DNA of 64,000 bases from the NCBI GenBank assembly GCA_046563655.1, contig CM102284.1:7254001-7318000 (forward strand), read 5' to 3'. The notes beneath the pieces are model-generated. The model searched no databases. It was not told the DNA's origin and saw nothing but the letters and a program-made list of their open reading frames with translations. Within the stretch, counting starts at the first letter, position 1, and the number at the start of each line of letters is the position of its first letter. This DNA comes from Yuukianura sp. NJ FZ-2021. Lineage: Eukaryota. Both the position numbers and the translations under genes were made by a program. Below are positions 39,501 through 51,061 of this stretch, piece after piece.

Positions 39501-42500
39501 AATTAAGTTAAGTATTAGTAATTAGAATTAGGAAATAGTAACTTTAGTTTAACTTTTTGCGAAAGCAATTTTAGCAGGAGGACGAATTGCTGGGTTGCTA
39601 TCACCTCTTCTGGGCATACTACTAGTCACCAGTTGTATCGTGACGACAGATATGGGCGGATATTTTGTCTCAAAACCCCTGCTTGTCGCAATTTTATTCA
39701 TAATTTTAAAAATTTAGAAGACTGAAATTTTTTGTGTGAACGTTGCTTAAACTTCGGATGAAAGCGGTTTTTTACCTCTTTTAACCTCTTTTAATTTGTT
39801 TCAAAAATTTTGTTGAAAAAATGCCTTATGTCCACTCTAGTTAAAAGAAAAAAAATCGCATCGTCCTGGTAACTCTATGATTTTTTCAACAAAATTTTTG
39901 AAACATTTCCAAAGCGAAGAAAAAACCGTTTTCATCTCAAGTTTAAGCCAGGTTCACACAAACGATGAATTGCAGGTACCATTTTACCATTACCATTAAC
40001 TACTTAAAACTATTTAGAATTAAGTGAGATTTTATTTCACAAGAGAGTTTAAATTCGCGAATCGGAAATACTCTGGAAATTACAGTTTTGTTACAAGTGT
40101 TACGAATACGTAATGGCCCTATCTTAGAAACCACGCTATCCCTCTTTCTCCCTCCTCTTATACCTCCAGCTTCCAACTAGTGGAGGGAAGGCGAGAAGAG
40201 AAATTGTCAAAACTCAACTCAATGTAAGAGTTTTGCACATTACTCGAAGTTTTACGGTAACCGTGGGAGGAGTGAAATGAGAAGAGCCAATCAGAGGAGT
40301 TTCTAAGATAAGGCCATTACTGTAGTAGTTGGGTTTAGCTTAATGGTTTCCTGTTTGGCTATGTAATGAAACCTAATCTTACAGTATTGTCTAATGGCTT
40401 TTCGCAATTTTATTCATAATTTTAGAAATTTTGAAGACTGAAAATCTAAATTTCATTTTTTGTGTGAACCTTGCTTAAACTTCGGATGAAAGCGGTTTTT
40501 TACCTCTTTTAACCTCTTTTAATTATAAGTAATACATTTCATCCAATTCTTTTCCGGGGGTAATAGTTCCGAGAATTGAGGCTGAATTCCCACGTTGGAT
40601 AGCTATACTAATTCGTTGTAGAAGGAAGGCGGTTGACTTCGGTTCGCCAGTGTAATCAGTAATACGATGTCCAATGGATTTGATGAGTTTTAAACCTTCG
40701 ACCCCGAATACTCCTGATGTTTCTTTTATACTCTTTTAATTTGTTTAATACTCTTTTAATATTTCTTTAATACTCTTTTAATTTGTTTCAAAAATTTTGT
40801 TGAAAAAATGCCTTATGTCCACTCTAGTTAAAAGAAAAAAAAATCGAATCGTCATGGTTACTCTATGTCTAGAAATGTTTCAAAAATTTTGTTGAAAAAA
40901 TGCCTTATGTCCACTCTAGTTAAAAGAAAAAAAATCGAATCGTCTTGGTAACTCTATGGTCTTGGTAACTCGATGCAAAATGTTGACAGAAAGGAAAAGA
41001 TGCTTGTCATTTTCTGAACTTTACGGAAGCTTTTTAGCTTTTAATGAATCCACGACTTTGACATGACAAGGAGGCAGTGACCTCGACTTTTATTTCGAGT
41101 CTCGAATTCCCCTGAGAAATTTTGTCATCATTTTCTCATTTTACACAAAAATTGAACTTCCGTGATCATTAAGTTTCACTTTCATTGTCTTAGACCTTTG
41201 AATTAAGGAAAACGGGAAGAACCACCATTATGGTGACAAGTTTTCTGAAATTTGAAAAATTTTGAAAAATTGTTTGTTTTGTTTTTCAGAAAGGCTTTAT
41301 AGTCCCGGTTGAACAGGATCCGGAACATCACTATGTCATTCACCCAGTCCCAAATCGTTTCCGGGCTTTCAGTAATGAAAATAATGAACAGCACGCGACT
41401 GCGTCTCGCAGGAGAGATGAACTTCCTGAACATTTCATTTGGAAAAGACAAAGCATTGGACAAACTTCCGCCAGTAATAGCGAACATGTTCGTTACCCAC
41501 GACACCGCTATGCTCCCCGCCCCACAGAATCATTTTGTGGACATGACGACTCTGATGATACGCACGAACCACAACAAACTGTGATGACCTCTCGTGACCT
41601 TCCTCTTGGCAGGACCAAACGAAGTCAACTGGCCTTTGACGACGAAGACTTGTCGCTTGAGCAACAACGGTTCCGTTACAAACCTAGAAATGTCGCCACA
41701 GACTCATACTGGCTTCGTCACCGCTCCACCACCGCGCCGCTTGATGACTACCACCCAGTTTCAAGTCACAGTTACAACAGTTACGGTCGCTGGGCAACAA
41801 ATGACAACCATGGACGACATGCTCATCGAATTGGACACTTTGCCCAAAAACAGCCAAGCCAAGAATTTTGGACTCCGACGAAAGGCGTGTCTTCTTATGA
41901 AGCTTACGACGTTCATCGTCACTCTCTGACCAACGATGCTCAACTTAATCTGCCAGGAGTACTTTCTGGTAGAGATGATTTGGATCGAAGCGGAAGTTCA
42001 TACAGGACAGCACTTCCGTTCCGCACGACTACTAAAAATAATTATGGAGCTCTTGCGGACACTGCCAGTCGCTGGCCGTCGTCAATCGATGATCAATATT
42101 ATTACTACAATGCTTCTGGATCTTTCAGTCGAGCTTCAGGTCAAGGTCAAGGTCACTTTCACAGTAGGTCAAAGCATCAAGATGATCGGAAAGGACGTGG
42201 AGACAATACCATTTTTGGTGAACCTTATCACTCTTCACTTGATTCTGACATTATGGCCACTGCCCAGTCGAGTACAGCGCAGACTCGTGTGGTCAAAGAC
42301 ATGGAACCTGCGCATTTGACAATTGAAACGGCGGTGTTTGTGGACAAAGATTTATATGAGCACATGCAAGCCAATTTTCCGGATGACACGCAAGCCGAAG
42401 TAAGCCGAATCGTTTTAGCAATGGTCAATGCTGTTCAACTGCTCTATCAAGATCCGTCTCTCGGACACAGAGTGGAATTTGTACTGAAGAGATTAGAAAT

Positions 42501-45500
42501 CTTGGCCACGGATCCGCCTGGATTGGTCCGCCCGTATGACATTGACCGATTCCTAACCAATTTCTGTAAATGGCAAAAAACGGAGAATCCAACGAGTGAT
42601 GCCGATCCTCTCCACTGGGATCATGCGCTGATTCTTACTGGTGAGAGTAACTTTTTGAGAATTTTGAAAATTGGTGACACAAACTAAAATTTTGAAATTG
42701 CTTTTGAAAATGAATTTTTAGGTCTGGATTTGTACGTTGTTCACCAATCTGGCAAAATCAGTAATCAAGTGGTCGGTCTTGCTCCGGTGGCTGGAATGTG
42801 CACTAGATCCAGTTCTTGTACGGTCAATGAAGGAAGGCATTTCGAATCTGTCTATGTCATGGCACATGAAATTGGACACAACTTGGGAATGCGTCACGAT
42901 GGACCACAAGCCGACAACGAATGTGATCCAACTGCTCATGTACTACAAAGTTACAATTTCTAAATCATAATGTACTTGTGTTTTTCTTTACTTGAAATTG
43001 ATTTTTGACTTTTGCTTTGAAAAGCTGATGTCACCGACTTTGGGTTCCGGAAAAATTACGTGGTCTTCTTGCAGCAAACGCTACCTGGACATGTTTCTGG
43101 AAACACCACAGTCAAAGTGTTTACTGGACAAAGCCAAGTCGGAGACGAGATTGGACCATGACGCTGATCGAAGACTGCCTGGAGAGAGGTTCAACGCCGA
43201 TCAACAATGTGAGTATTGTAATCCAGGAGCACGTTGAAATTTCAGTTTCGAATTGATCAAAAATCTAAAAATGCATAAAATTATTTCTAGGTGTGCTCAA
43301 GTACGGTCGAGGAAGTTTTCATGCAACTCAGCAGCCAATGGAAGACGTCTGCAGAGATTTGCATTGCCGGAAGCAATATTATACTTGGACGAGTCATCCA
43401 GCGCTGGAAGGAACCGAATGTGGACTTGAAATGGTACGAAAATAATTGTTCAAATTTCAGTTTCCGTTTTGAAAGTTTTTTAAATTTGCAGTCTTGTCGT
43501 GCTGGAAAATGTGTTTCAAGAGCGCAAGTGAATGAGATTGGAAACGGATTCGCTTCGGACGGATTAGTAGACCACAGTCATCCGCTGAGCAACCACTTGG
43601 GAAGTATGGATGGAAGTGAGACTGCAGCGTACTCGACGCTGAAAGCACTGGATGGTGCTTGGGGAAAATGGTCGCCATTTACAGACTGCTCCTCCGCTTG
43701 TCTATTCTCGGACGAGAATGGCGCCGTTGAAAGTTCTACTGGAATTCGGTTAGCAGCTCGACGCTGCGATAGTCCAAGGTTTGTGAAAAAAAAATGCTGT
43801 TTAAACGAATTCCTATAAACAATTTTATTGCACAGGCCCGAAAATGGTGGACGGCAATGCTCTGGACTTGATCGTCGATACAAATCGTGCAGTACGGAAA
43901 AGGTAGAAGAAATGTTTTGAGGTTTCTGCTTAACGTTTTTTTAATTGCTTTGATTTTTTTAAATTCTCTTTTCTGTTTTTAGATTTGTCCTATCAGTTCA
44001 ATAAAAACGAGCACAGTACAATATGCAAATGAAGTCTGTGCTCGAGCTGCTGCTACCGATACTGAGCTAAGCGGACGAGGATTTATGTCCAGTAGTACAA
44101 ATGACCGTAAGTTTTTAAAAATGAAATGCTGGAAGCGATTTTCAGCGCTTTTTTGTTTTAGCCGAAAGAGCTTGTTCTGTTTGGTGTGAGATTGGACAAG
44201 GAATGGGATCGAGGAGTCGTGGGTGGAGCTTCCCCGATGGAACTGCTTGTAAACTCACCTCCAGTCCACGCGGTTCGAGCTTTTGCATCGCTGGAAAATG
44301 TCAAGTAAGATAGTATCATAGTATCAGCATTATTAGAGTTTGTGTTAATTTTTCGATTTCCAGGAATTTACATGTAACGCGAGTTCTCACTTTTCGTTAT
44401 CGGATGAGCTTTGTTCCGTACCGTCAAAACCAGCATCGGAGCAGTCCTCATGGTTTGCAAATCGCGGAAGTGGAAGTGGACTGACCAACGGCGGAACTTA
44501 TCGTCAAGAGAAAGCATTTTGGACCAAATGGGAATCCCAGAGCAGTTGTAAACTGACTTGCATTGCACCAAGCAAAGGACTTCAACTTGTTCAGCGCAAG
44601 TGTAATTTGAACAGCGGTGATGACGGTGGTTGTACTGGATTATCGCTTTCAGTACGCTTGTGCAAACCAGACAAATCCACGGTAACCTTGACCAAATTCT
44701 TTTACTGCACTTTTGAATTTGATGATGTTAAACGTTTTGACCTTTGACCTTTTCAGATCATGTCCAGCTCTTGTCCAAGATTGCAAACTGTTATCGAACA
44801 CGCTACGAAACTTTGTACAAAATACTCCGAAAAAGTTGCAGGTTTATCGGGAATTGGAATGCAACTTTCTCCAACGAAAGGTTAGTCCGGTACAATGCAA
44901 ACGAAAAACTGAAATTGATTTTTTATATTTTTTCGTATTTTCGAAATTTTGAAAATTTGGAATATAGATGACAGTCATCGACCATGTAGAATTGGATGCC
45001 AGGATGCTGCTTTGCCGTATCGCTTCTACATGGTCAATGGTGAAGAAGGTTGGTTTCCTGCTGGAACTGACTGTTCTCGTGGTGAACCAAACAAAAAAGC
45101 GTTTTGCCTCAGCGGAAAGTGCATTGTAAGCTGGATTTTGAAAATTCCTGAACTTATTTTCAAAAAGTCAACTTTTGTTTATAATTTTTCTGATTTTTAG
45201 GATTTTGGTACCGACGATACGCCAATTTATCGAATCAATGCCAAAGTACTTGGTCGGCTAGAATCAATTCTGAGAACGAAACGCCACATTCCATATGATG
45301 AAGGCCCAGCAATGATGGACCAAGGGAGCTTACAGCAGTTAATTCAAGACTTTGCGGCGAGCCAGAGTGACTCCGAATTTTCTATGGAAGTTGACAAAAA
45401 TTTGTCGAATGAAAACGTTGTTGCTGTGGATTTTACTCGTCCAGTACTCGTAGGTGACACAAATCCTGGTGAACATTTTGATTCAGTCGGAACTTTTCCT

Positions 45501-45879
45501 AGAGGACACAAATTGCCACCTACCGATTCAGCAGTATTATACGAAGTAGAAGGAAGTTTCTATGAATGGCGCAAAGTGTTGTCCGATTGCTCAGCATCTT
45601 GCGGAAAAGGTAAGCAAAGTTTTACTTTAGATAAATTTTTAAGAAAAGTTGACCTTTGACCTTGTTCCAGGAATAAGAGAAGTAGTTGTACAGTGTGTCT
45701 CAAGTGGCACGATTGTTGCTGATTCTTTTTGTCTTGGACAAGAGAAACCTGGAACGTCGTCTTATGTTTACTGTGACCTTCGACCCTGTACAGAAGTGGA
45801 TTTACAAATGGAACAAAATCAGAATTTCCTTTGGTCATGGATTCAGTCAATTTTTCCTCATCGAAATAGTAATCGTTAG
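33507..45879 (+). CDS. ADAMTS-family secreted zinc metalloprotease (possibly stall-like)
   Basis: Hydrophobic N-terminus, prodomain exons (37935-38001, 38074-38456, 41291 onward), FCG and furin-type sites, catalytic domain with HEIGHNLGMRHD and Met-turn LMSP, LPGERFNADQQC, TSP1 repeats (WGKWSPFTDCSSAC, WEIPEQL-region exon, WRKVLSDCSASCGKG) and Cys-rich domains. About 16 exons with two large TE-containing introns. Confidence 0.9.
36436..37612 (-). mobile_element. Defective Tc2/pogo-like DNA transposon in ADAMTS intron 1
   Basis: 24-bp TIRs CCGTATTTTCCC(A/T)AATAGTACACC with 1 mismatch, flanked by TA on both sides, plus multiple subterminal GGTGTACTA repeats. Minus-strand remnants of an HTH (RRSFDLEFKLKVL..AAAKEYNIDRQSIRTW), GGGRK and DDE_1 (IIAMDET..STGNEKAHATLVLAAKGDGTKLKPFIVFK..NGWM), with a stop, frameshifts and deletions. 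Confidence 0.92.
38961..39879. mobile_element. Inner P-like element (C) inserted in the left TIR of B
   Basis: Ends CATAGAGTTACCAGGAC..GTCCTGGTAACTCTATG, ~85-bp TIRs; 8-bp TSD ATTTTTTC at 38953-38960 and 39880-39887. Confidence 0.88.
40109..40322. mobile_element. Tc1/mariner-pogo type MITE inside element B
   Basis: TIRs C(A)GTAATGGCC(C/T)TATCTTAGAAAC and TA TSD. The empty site gttacgaaTAgtagttgg is present in sister element C (~39431-39449). Confidence 0.85.
40523..40723 (-). mobile_element. 5'-truncated CRE-type non-LTR retrotransposon 3' end
   Basis: The minus strand reads ETSGVFGVEGLKLIKSIGHRITDYTGEPKSTAFLLQRISIAIQRGNSASILGT, the typical C-terminus after the restriction-like endonuclease of CRE elements. 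Absent from the equivalent site in element C. Confidence 0.8.
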
Positions 45880-46136
45880 ATACAGCTTTTGAAACGTTTT
45901 ATGTACGACAGTCCGTAAGTTTAAAAAAAAATCGAAAAATTAAAAATGCTTAGGAAAAATTCCTATGACGCTGACAGCTATCGAGTGAGATTTCACAAAC
46001 AAACGAAATCTGCTGGTTTTGCGGTTGTCGGCGCTATGCTGCGCACGCGGTGTTAACAGTTTTCAAGTGTTCAAGTTTTTAAAACTTCTTTTCAAGTGTT
46101 TTTCCAGCTCCGCTGGACAGTATCGTTTTCAGCACA

Positions 46137-49100
46137 ATGAAGGAAAAAATGGATGTCCATGTCCAAACCTTGGACGGTAACGAAGACGAACTTGAAGGGG
46201 CCAAAGTTCACCGAACTTTTGTGACTCTTGAAGGATTTCCAAGAAAGAAGCTTCCGTTTGCCTCAGACGCTGAGAAGAACTTTAGGAAAGCTGTGCTAGA
46301 AGCCTCAGCGGAACTATCCAATGACTTTCACGTAAACGGCATAACATTTCTTGTAAGGGTCGAAGGTCAAATTGAATTTTTTCACTTTGCAGACGACCTA
46401 TTTGGACAAAGTGGTGAAAGGGGACTTGGGTCAAGAGATTCTGGACGTTCGTCATCCAGCAACTTCCTACGAAACTTTGAAGAAGGGATTTCTGTTTTAC
46501 TTGAACGGAAGTGGCAAGTACTTGGTGCTGCGAGAACACTTGAGAGAAGCTGTACTTGGCCTACTTCATCAAAAATCGCTGACCAATCACGTCAATGGAT
46601 TCAAAACGAGACAGCAGTATCAGGTTAGACCAAGATCAAGAACTAAACCAATGGAAGGTCACTAATGGATTAACCTATTTTTGCAGAGTTTTCTTCACGA
46701 AAGTTACAGTTTCATGTTGGACGGACTGAATGAGGCTCTTCATTCGACAGCATTCGACGAGTCGCCAGGAAAAGGCATAGTCAAATGTGCTTCAAGCCAA
46801 GAACGAAAAGAAGTTCGTAAGGTTGTCCGTCTCCGTGACATGCTGGTTTATGCCCAAGAGGCTTTTGCGCAAGGCGACTACGAAAATGCACATCGTATTC
46901 ACACAGAGGTAAGGCCACTTGAGGTCAAGTTCTTGAGTAATTGTTAGTTAATTAATTAATTAACTACTATTAATTAGTAATTGCTAATTAATCCGTCTTG
47001 TTTTCCAGCGTATAGCCCGAAGTGGAGACTCGGATGATTGTTGGATCGACTTCGCTCTGATGTGGCTAGCTCGTGGAGATGAGTAAGGTCAAAGGTCTTT
47101 TTTTTTATAAACTTACCGTTAACTTTAACTTATCGCTTTCTTTGTTTAGCCGTCTAGCTGAAATCGCTGTTCGAGAAGCGCTGACCAAAAATCCAGAGAA
47201 CCTTGTCGCGCTTATGCTGGCTGGACTCATCGCTGGAAGACATCGAGATGACAATGGACTGTCCTACCTCAACACGCTTCTGAAGCACCGTCCATTGTGC
47301 CCTGAGCTCCACGTTCTTATTGCAACGGTTCACAGTCATCTGGGCAATGATTCTTCTGCCGAGGCGAGTTACGATATGGCACGCAGCATCCACACAACAC
47401 TCACCATACCGAAAGTTCCGAAACCGAAGTCACCACCGCCTCAAGAAGATGAAGGAGGTACGACCCACGACTTAATTAAGAAAAAACTGATTTTAGTTTA
47501 AAATCTTGCTTGATTTCTTGTTGAAACTGTTGAACAACTGGTAACTTCAGATTTTAAAATTTCAGAAGACAAGAAGTCAAAAAAGAGTCGAGGAAGCAGT
47601 GTCAGCGGAAAAGGAACACGAAAAAGTGAAGCCAAGGAAAAACGGATAAGCGACAGTAGTCAAGGAAGTTCAGGGAAGAAGAAAAGCACAGACACCGCGG
47701 GAAGCGAGAAGAAGAAAAAAACCAGCAGCACTGGAGCGGAAGTAGGTGACACCAAAACTACTGCTGACAAAAAAGACAAAAAGAGAAAATCTTTGAAAGC
47801 TGGAAAAGGAACGTCGGTGGAAGTGGGAGACGCTGGAAGGAAATCCAGCGATCAGCCAAAGGACTCCACGCCTGAAGGAGATGACGGAAAAGAAATTGAA
47901 AAACCTGTGGAAAATGAAATCAAAATTGTAAGTTTTTCAAAATTTTGAAAAGGTGGAACAAAATTTTGAACTTCTTTTTCTGGTTGATTTAGACGCTGAA
48001 AAATGTCGGAAGCACCAAACCCCCGACGCTGAGTAGTTGTATCTTCGTCACTTGGAATGTGACGAAAAAGCGTGTAGAAAAACTACACCCTGCGGAATTT
48101 GGACCTGATGAAGAGTTCCACTATCAAGGGGTAAAAATTTTACCAAAATTTTTAAAATTTTTGGAAAAACTGTTTTTTAAAACTTTTGGTTTTCATAGGT
48201 ATATGGTGACGCAACGGCAAAAGAAATTCAGGAACAGTTCAACATGGTTCTGGAAGCGGAAGCTGAAAAGTTAAAGGCCAATTCAATTGACTCATCCAAT
48301 GGACTCATCAATCGAGAAGCTACGTTGCGTCACCGCCTTCACCCCCACCGTCACTTTCATCGTCACCACAAGAAAAGTCGTGACCCGCACACTTATGCAA
48401 CCTTTGAAGGAAACTACTACAAGAATCCAGAGTATCGCGACCATGAACACTCCGTGAACAGTGTGAAACTCACGGAAGGCATGTTTCCAGAAGACGGGCA
48501 ATTTCCAGAACGGAATTCCACCGACAGCCAATCAGACGAACTGCGTCGTCTCATTGACGAAGCCAATGAACCTCCAGTGTACTCGCAGCGATTTGGATCC
48601 GAATTACTCTGGACAGCTCACTTGCTGTTGAAACTTCGTCAATTTGAATTCCTTGATCTTGTTCTGGCCAAGGAAATTTCCAGCGGAGAGAGAACTTTGG
48701 AGTACTTGTATCTCCGAGCACTGTCGCTTCACTTGAGAGGTCGAAATACTGAAGCATTGGAAGTAATTGAAGAAGCGCTTAGCCAGAATCCAAGACACAC
48801 GACATTTTGGATACTGAAGGGCCATGCGCAGTATAATCTTCATGACAATGACGAAGCTCTTGCAAGTTATGAACGGGCGATGATGCTGCCGCATGGAAAA
48901 GAATCGCTGCACTTAGCATATCTTCGATTTGGCAAGCTTTGTATTGATAAAGGAGATGCTCAATTGGCGAAACGCGTTTTTCTTAAACAAGTTGCTGTCA
49001 GACCGTCTCCACATCTTTGGCTATCAATTGGCAATGCTTGCTTTGAGGTAGACTTTTTAACTAATCATATCATTTTTGTCAAAAAATTCATTAATTTAAT

Positions 49101-49854
49101 TAATGAAAAATTTGATTATTAGTTGGGAGAACTGGACGATGCTCTGCATGCTTTTTCGGAAGCAAACAAACTGGACAACACGAATCCAATAATTTGGGCT
49201 CATCTTTCGCTTATTAGTTTAGCGCAAGGAAACCGAAATTTGGCGGAGCAGAGCTACAAGTGGGCAATTCGGGTACCAATGCACAAATAATTTAAGCATT
49301 TCGCGAAGATGTGTCAAAAGTTAACTTTTTTTTGTTACGTTTTTGAACAGTTCGGCTTGAAAAAAGGTAAACTGATGGATGACATCAAGGAACTTCAGAA
49401 GAAACTTGGATTTGGAAGTCCTGCGTTCCCTAAACTTCCACACTGCATTCCACATGAAGTGTTTGTGCAGCGTATTGGACGGGAAACACCGATGGAACTC
49501 TATGCGGAGTCGCTTAACTTTTCCCATCTAAAAAATCAGCGAAACAAGTTTGAAAATCGGGAATCCGAAGAACAGTTAATCGAACAATTGAAACAGAAAG
49601 ATGCCGATCGATTGGCAGCATTAGAAGACGGAGTGGAGGCACTCATGAAACCAGTTGCTTCACATTCACGCAAGAACTTGGCTTCGAAACAGCAGTCGAA
49701 TACTGACGGTAAAATGTCAAAGGCAAGCGTTTTGACTGCAAAATCCAAACGAGGTTTGGCAGGAAAGAAGAAAGGTAAAAAGATGTCCAAAGGGAAACTG
49801 AGGAAGGATGAAAACGATAACGACTTTAATTTTGATTTTGACACACAAATCTAA
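46137..49854 (+). CDS. CFAP70: TPR protein, CFAP70/TTC18-like, apparently N-terminally shortened
   Basis: First intron 46332-46392 joins the ORFs into FYLNGSGKYLVLREHLREAV..FLHESYSFMLDGLNEAL..YAQEA..DDCWIDFAL. K-rich linker, then C-terminal TPRs (FWILKGHAQY, LWLSIGNACFEL..AFSEANKLDNTNPIIWAHLSL). Confidence 0.7.
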
Positions 49855-49966
49855 TTTCAAACTCAAAAAGAGCAAAAGGTCAGAAAATAACGTATGAATA
49901 TTGTGAATTTTGATACAAGTTGCGTTGATTTGATAGACGATTTAAAAATGACTCAAGGCTTTCAGA

Positions 49967-50664
49967 TCATCTGGCATCATTTACTCCAGCTGGAACTTCC
50001 ACTACAACTCCGTCCAACTTTTTCGTTAGGATTACTTGACATCCTAATCTGGACCTGCACAGATTCGAAACACCAAATGTATCGTGCTCTTACCAATACT
50101 AGATTGACAGTTAGGTTCTTACGTTTCGGTAAGTCCGTAGGCCATATCTAACATATCCATTTCTTCCTCTGTGATCTTCCCGTCTATTTTAGCAAAATCT
50201 TCTGGTTTGAATATTAGGTGACACGTAGAACATGATAGAGTTCCTTCACAAGCTCCTAAAACAGAACAAACATAACGATAAGTTTTCGTATTCGAAATCA
50301 TTTTTGATCCATAGGGTTTATAAGTTACCGAATCCGTCAATATCAACTTGGTTATTGAGGACAACGTCCAGTAGATTATCGCCAATCTTCCCCTTGACTC
50401 CTGCAATCTTACTGCCATCAGCTCGGACAAACGTCACGTCGATCCTAGTAAACAAATGCATCAGACAAGATTTATTTTGCAATTACTTCACTACGAGATT
50501 GTTGTTTTGATAGCATTGTTATCTTATTACATCTCTGGGGCTGGTTTAGGAGCCGGTGTGGATGTGAGGATAGGACGTGAAGTAGTGGCCATGTTCACTG
50601 CGCTTTGTGTTTTCAGTTGTCCTCTTGCTTGATTGATGAGCCTTGACAATACGTTTCGATACAT
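49967..50664 (-). CDS. FDX1: Mitochondrial 2Fe-2S ferredoxin (adrenodoxin)
   Basis: Four exons: targeting peptide, [74 protein letters not shown]. Confidence 0.9.
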
Positions 50665-51061
50665 TTTGATCCGGTGCCTATGAATTGAAGTGGAGACAAG
50701 GAAAAAGAAATGTTGCGCTATTTAGGATTCGCCAAATGCTAACAAAAACAAAGAATAAAGTACTGATTAAAAATGAAGTGATTCACTTAACTGAATGTTA
50801 TAGAATTACTAAATTTTGCGTCGAAATCGTAAATTATGCAAGCAGATTGACGTCTGACTTTTGACTTTTGTTATCAGCTGATCAAGGGCACGAGTAGTAA
50901 ACACGTGTGTGCAAAATTTACATTTCGTAAAGTGGAATCAGCTGACGAGAAAATTCTTCCATGAAATGTGAGTTTTGATTAAAGTTTTGTAAAGATCTCC
51001 ATTAGTCCGCTCCCGTCAATTACTTCGGTTCGGTTGATCATTTGACTTTAAGTGATAGATT
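50665..51061. promoter_or_regulatory. Probable bidirectional promoter FDX1/WARS2
   Basis: Head-to-head start codons ~400 bp apart; two TCAGCTGA (~50874, ~50938) and CACGTG (~50902). Confidence 0.5.

Larger units (their letters stand above)
38895..40867. mobile_element. Middle P-like element (B) inserted in the right arm of A
   Basis: Ends CATAGAGTAACCATGAC..GTCATGGTTACTCTATG; 8-bp TSD TCTAGAAA at 38887-38894 and 40868-40875. Confidence 0.88.
38656..40975. mobile_element. Outer non-autonomous P-like foldback element (A)
   Basis: Ends CATCGAGTTACCAAGAC..GTCTTGGTAACTCGATG; 8-bp TSD CAAAATGT at 38648-38655 and 40976-40983. With B removed it is nearly one palindrome (perfect 72-bp arms 38739-38810 and 38823-38894, 12-nt spacer). 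Confidence 0.88.

Noticed and set aside
38656-40975. CRISPR-like array of repeated units
   Set aside because: The repeats occur in both orientations and are fully explained as TIRs of nested transposons with TSDs; the context is eukaryotic.
46137-46665. Apparent frameshift in the CFAP70-like gene
   Set aside because: Resolved by a canonical intron at 46332-46392.
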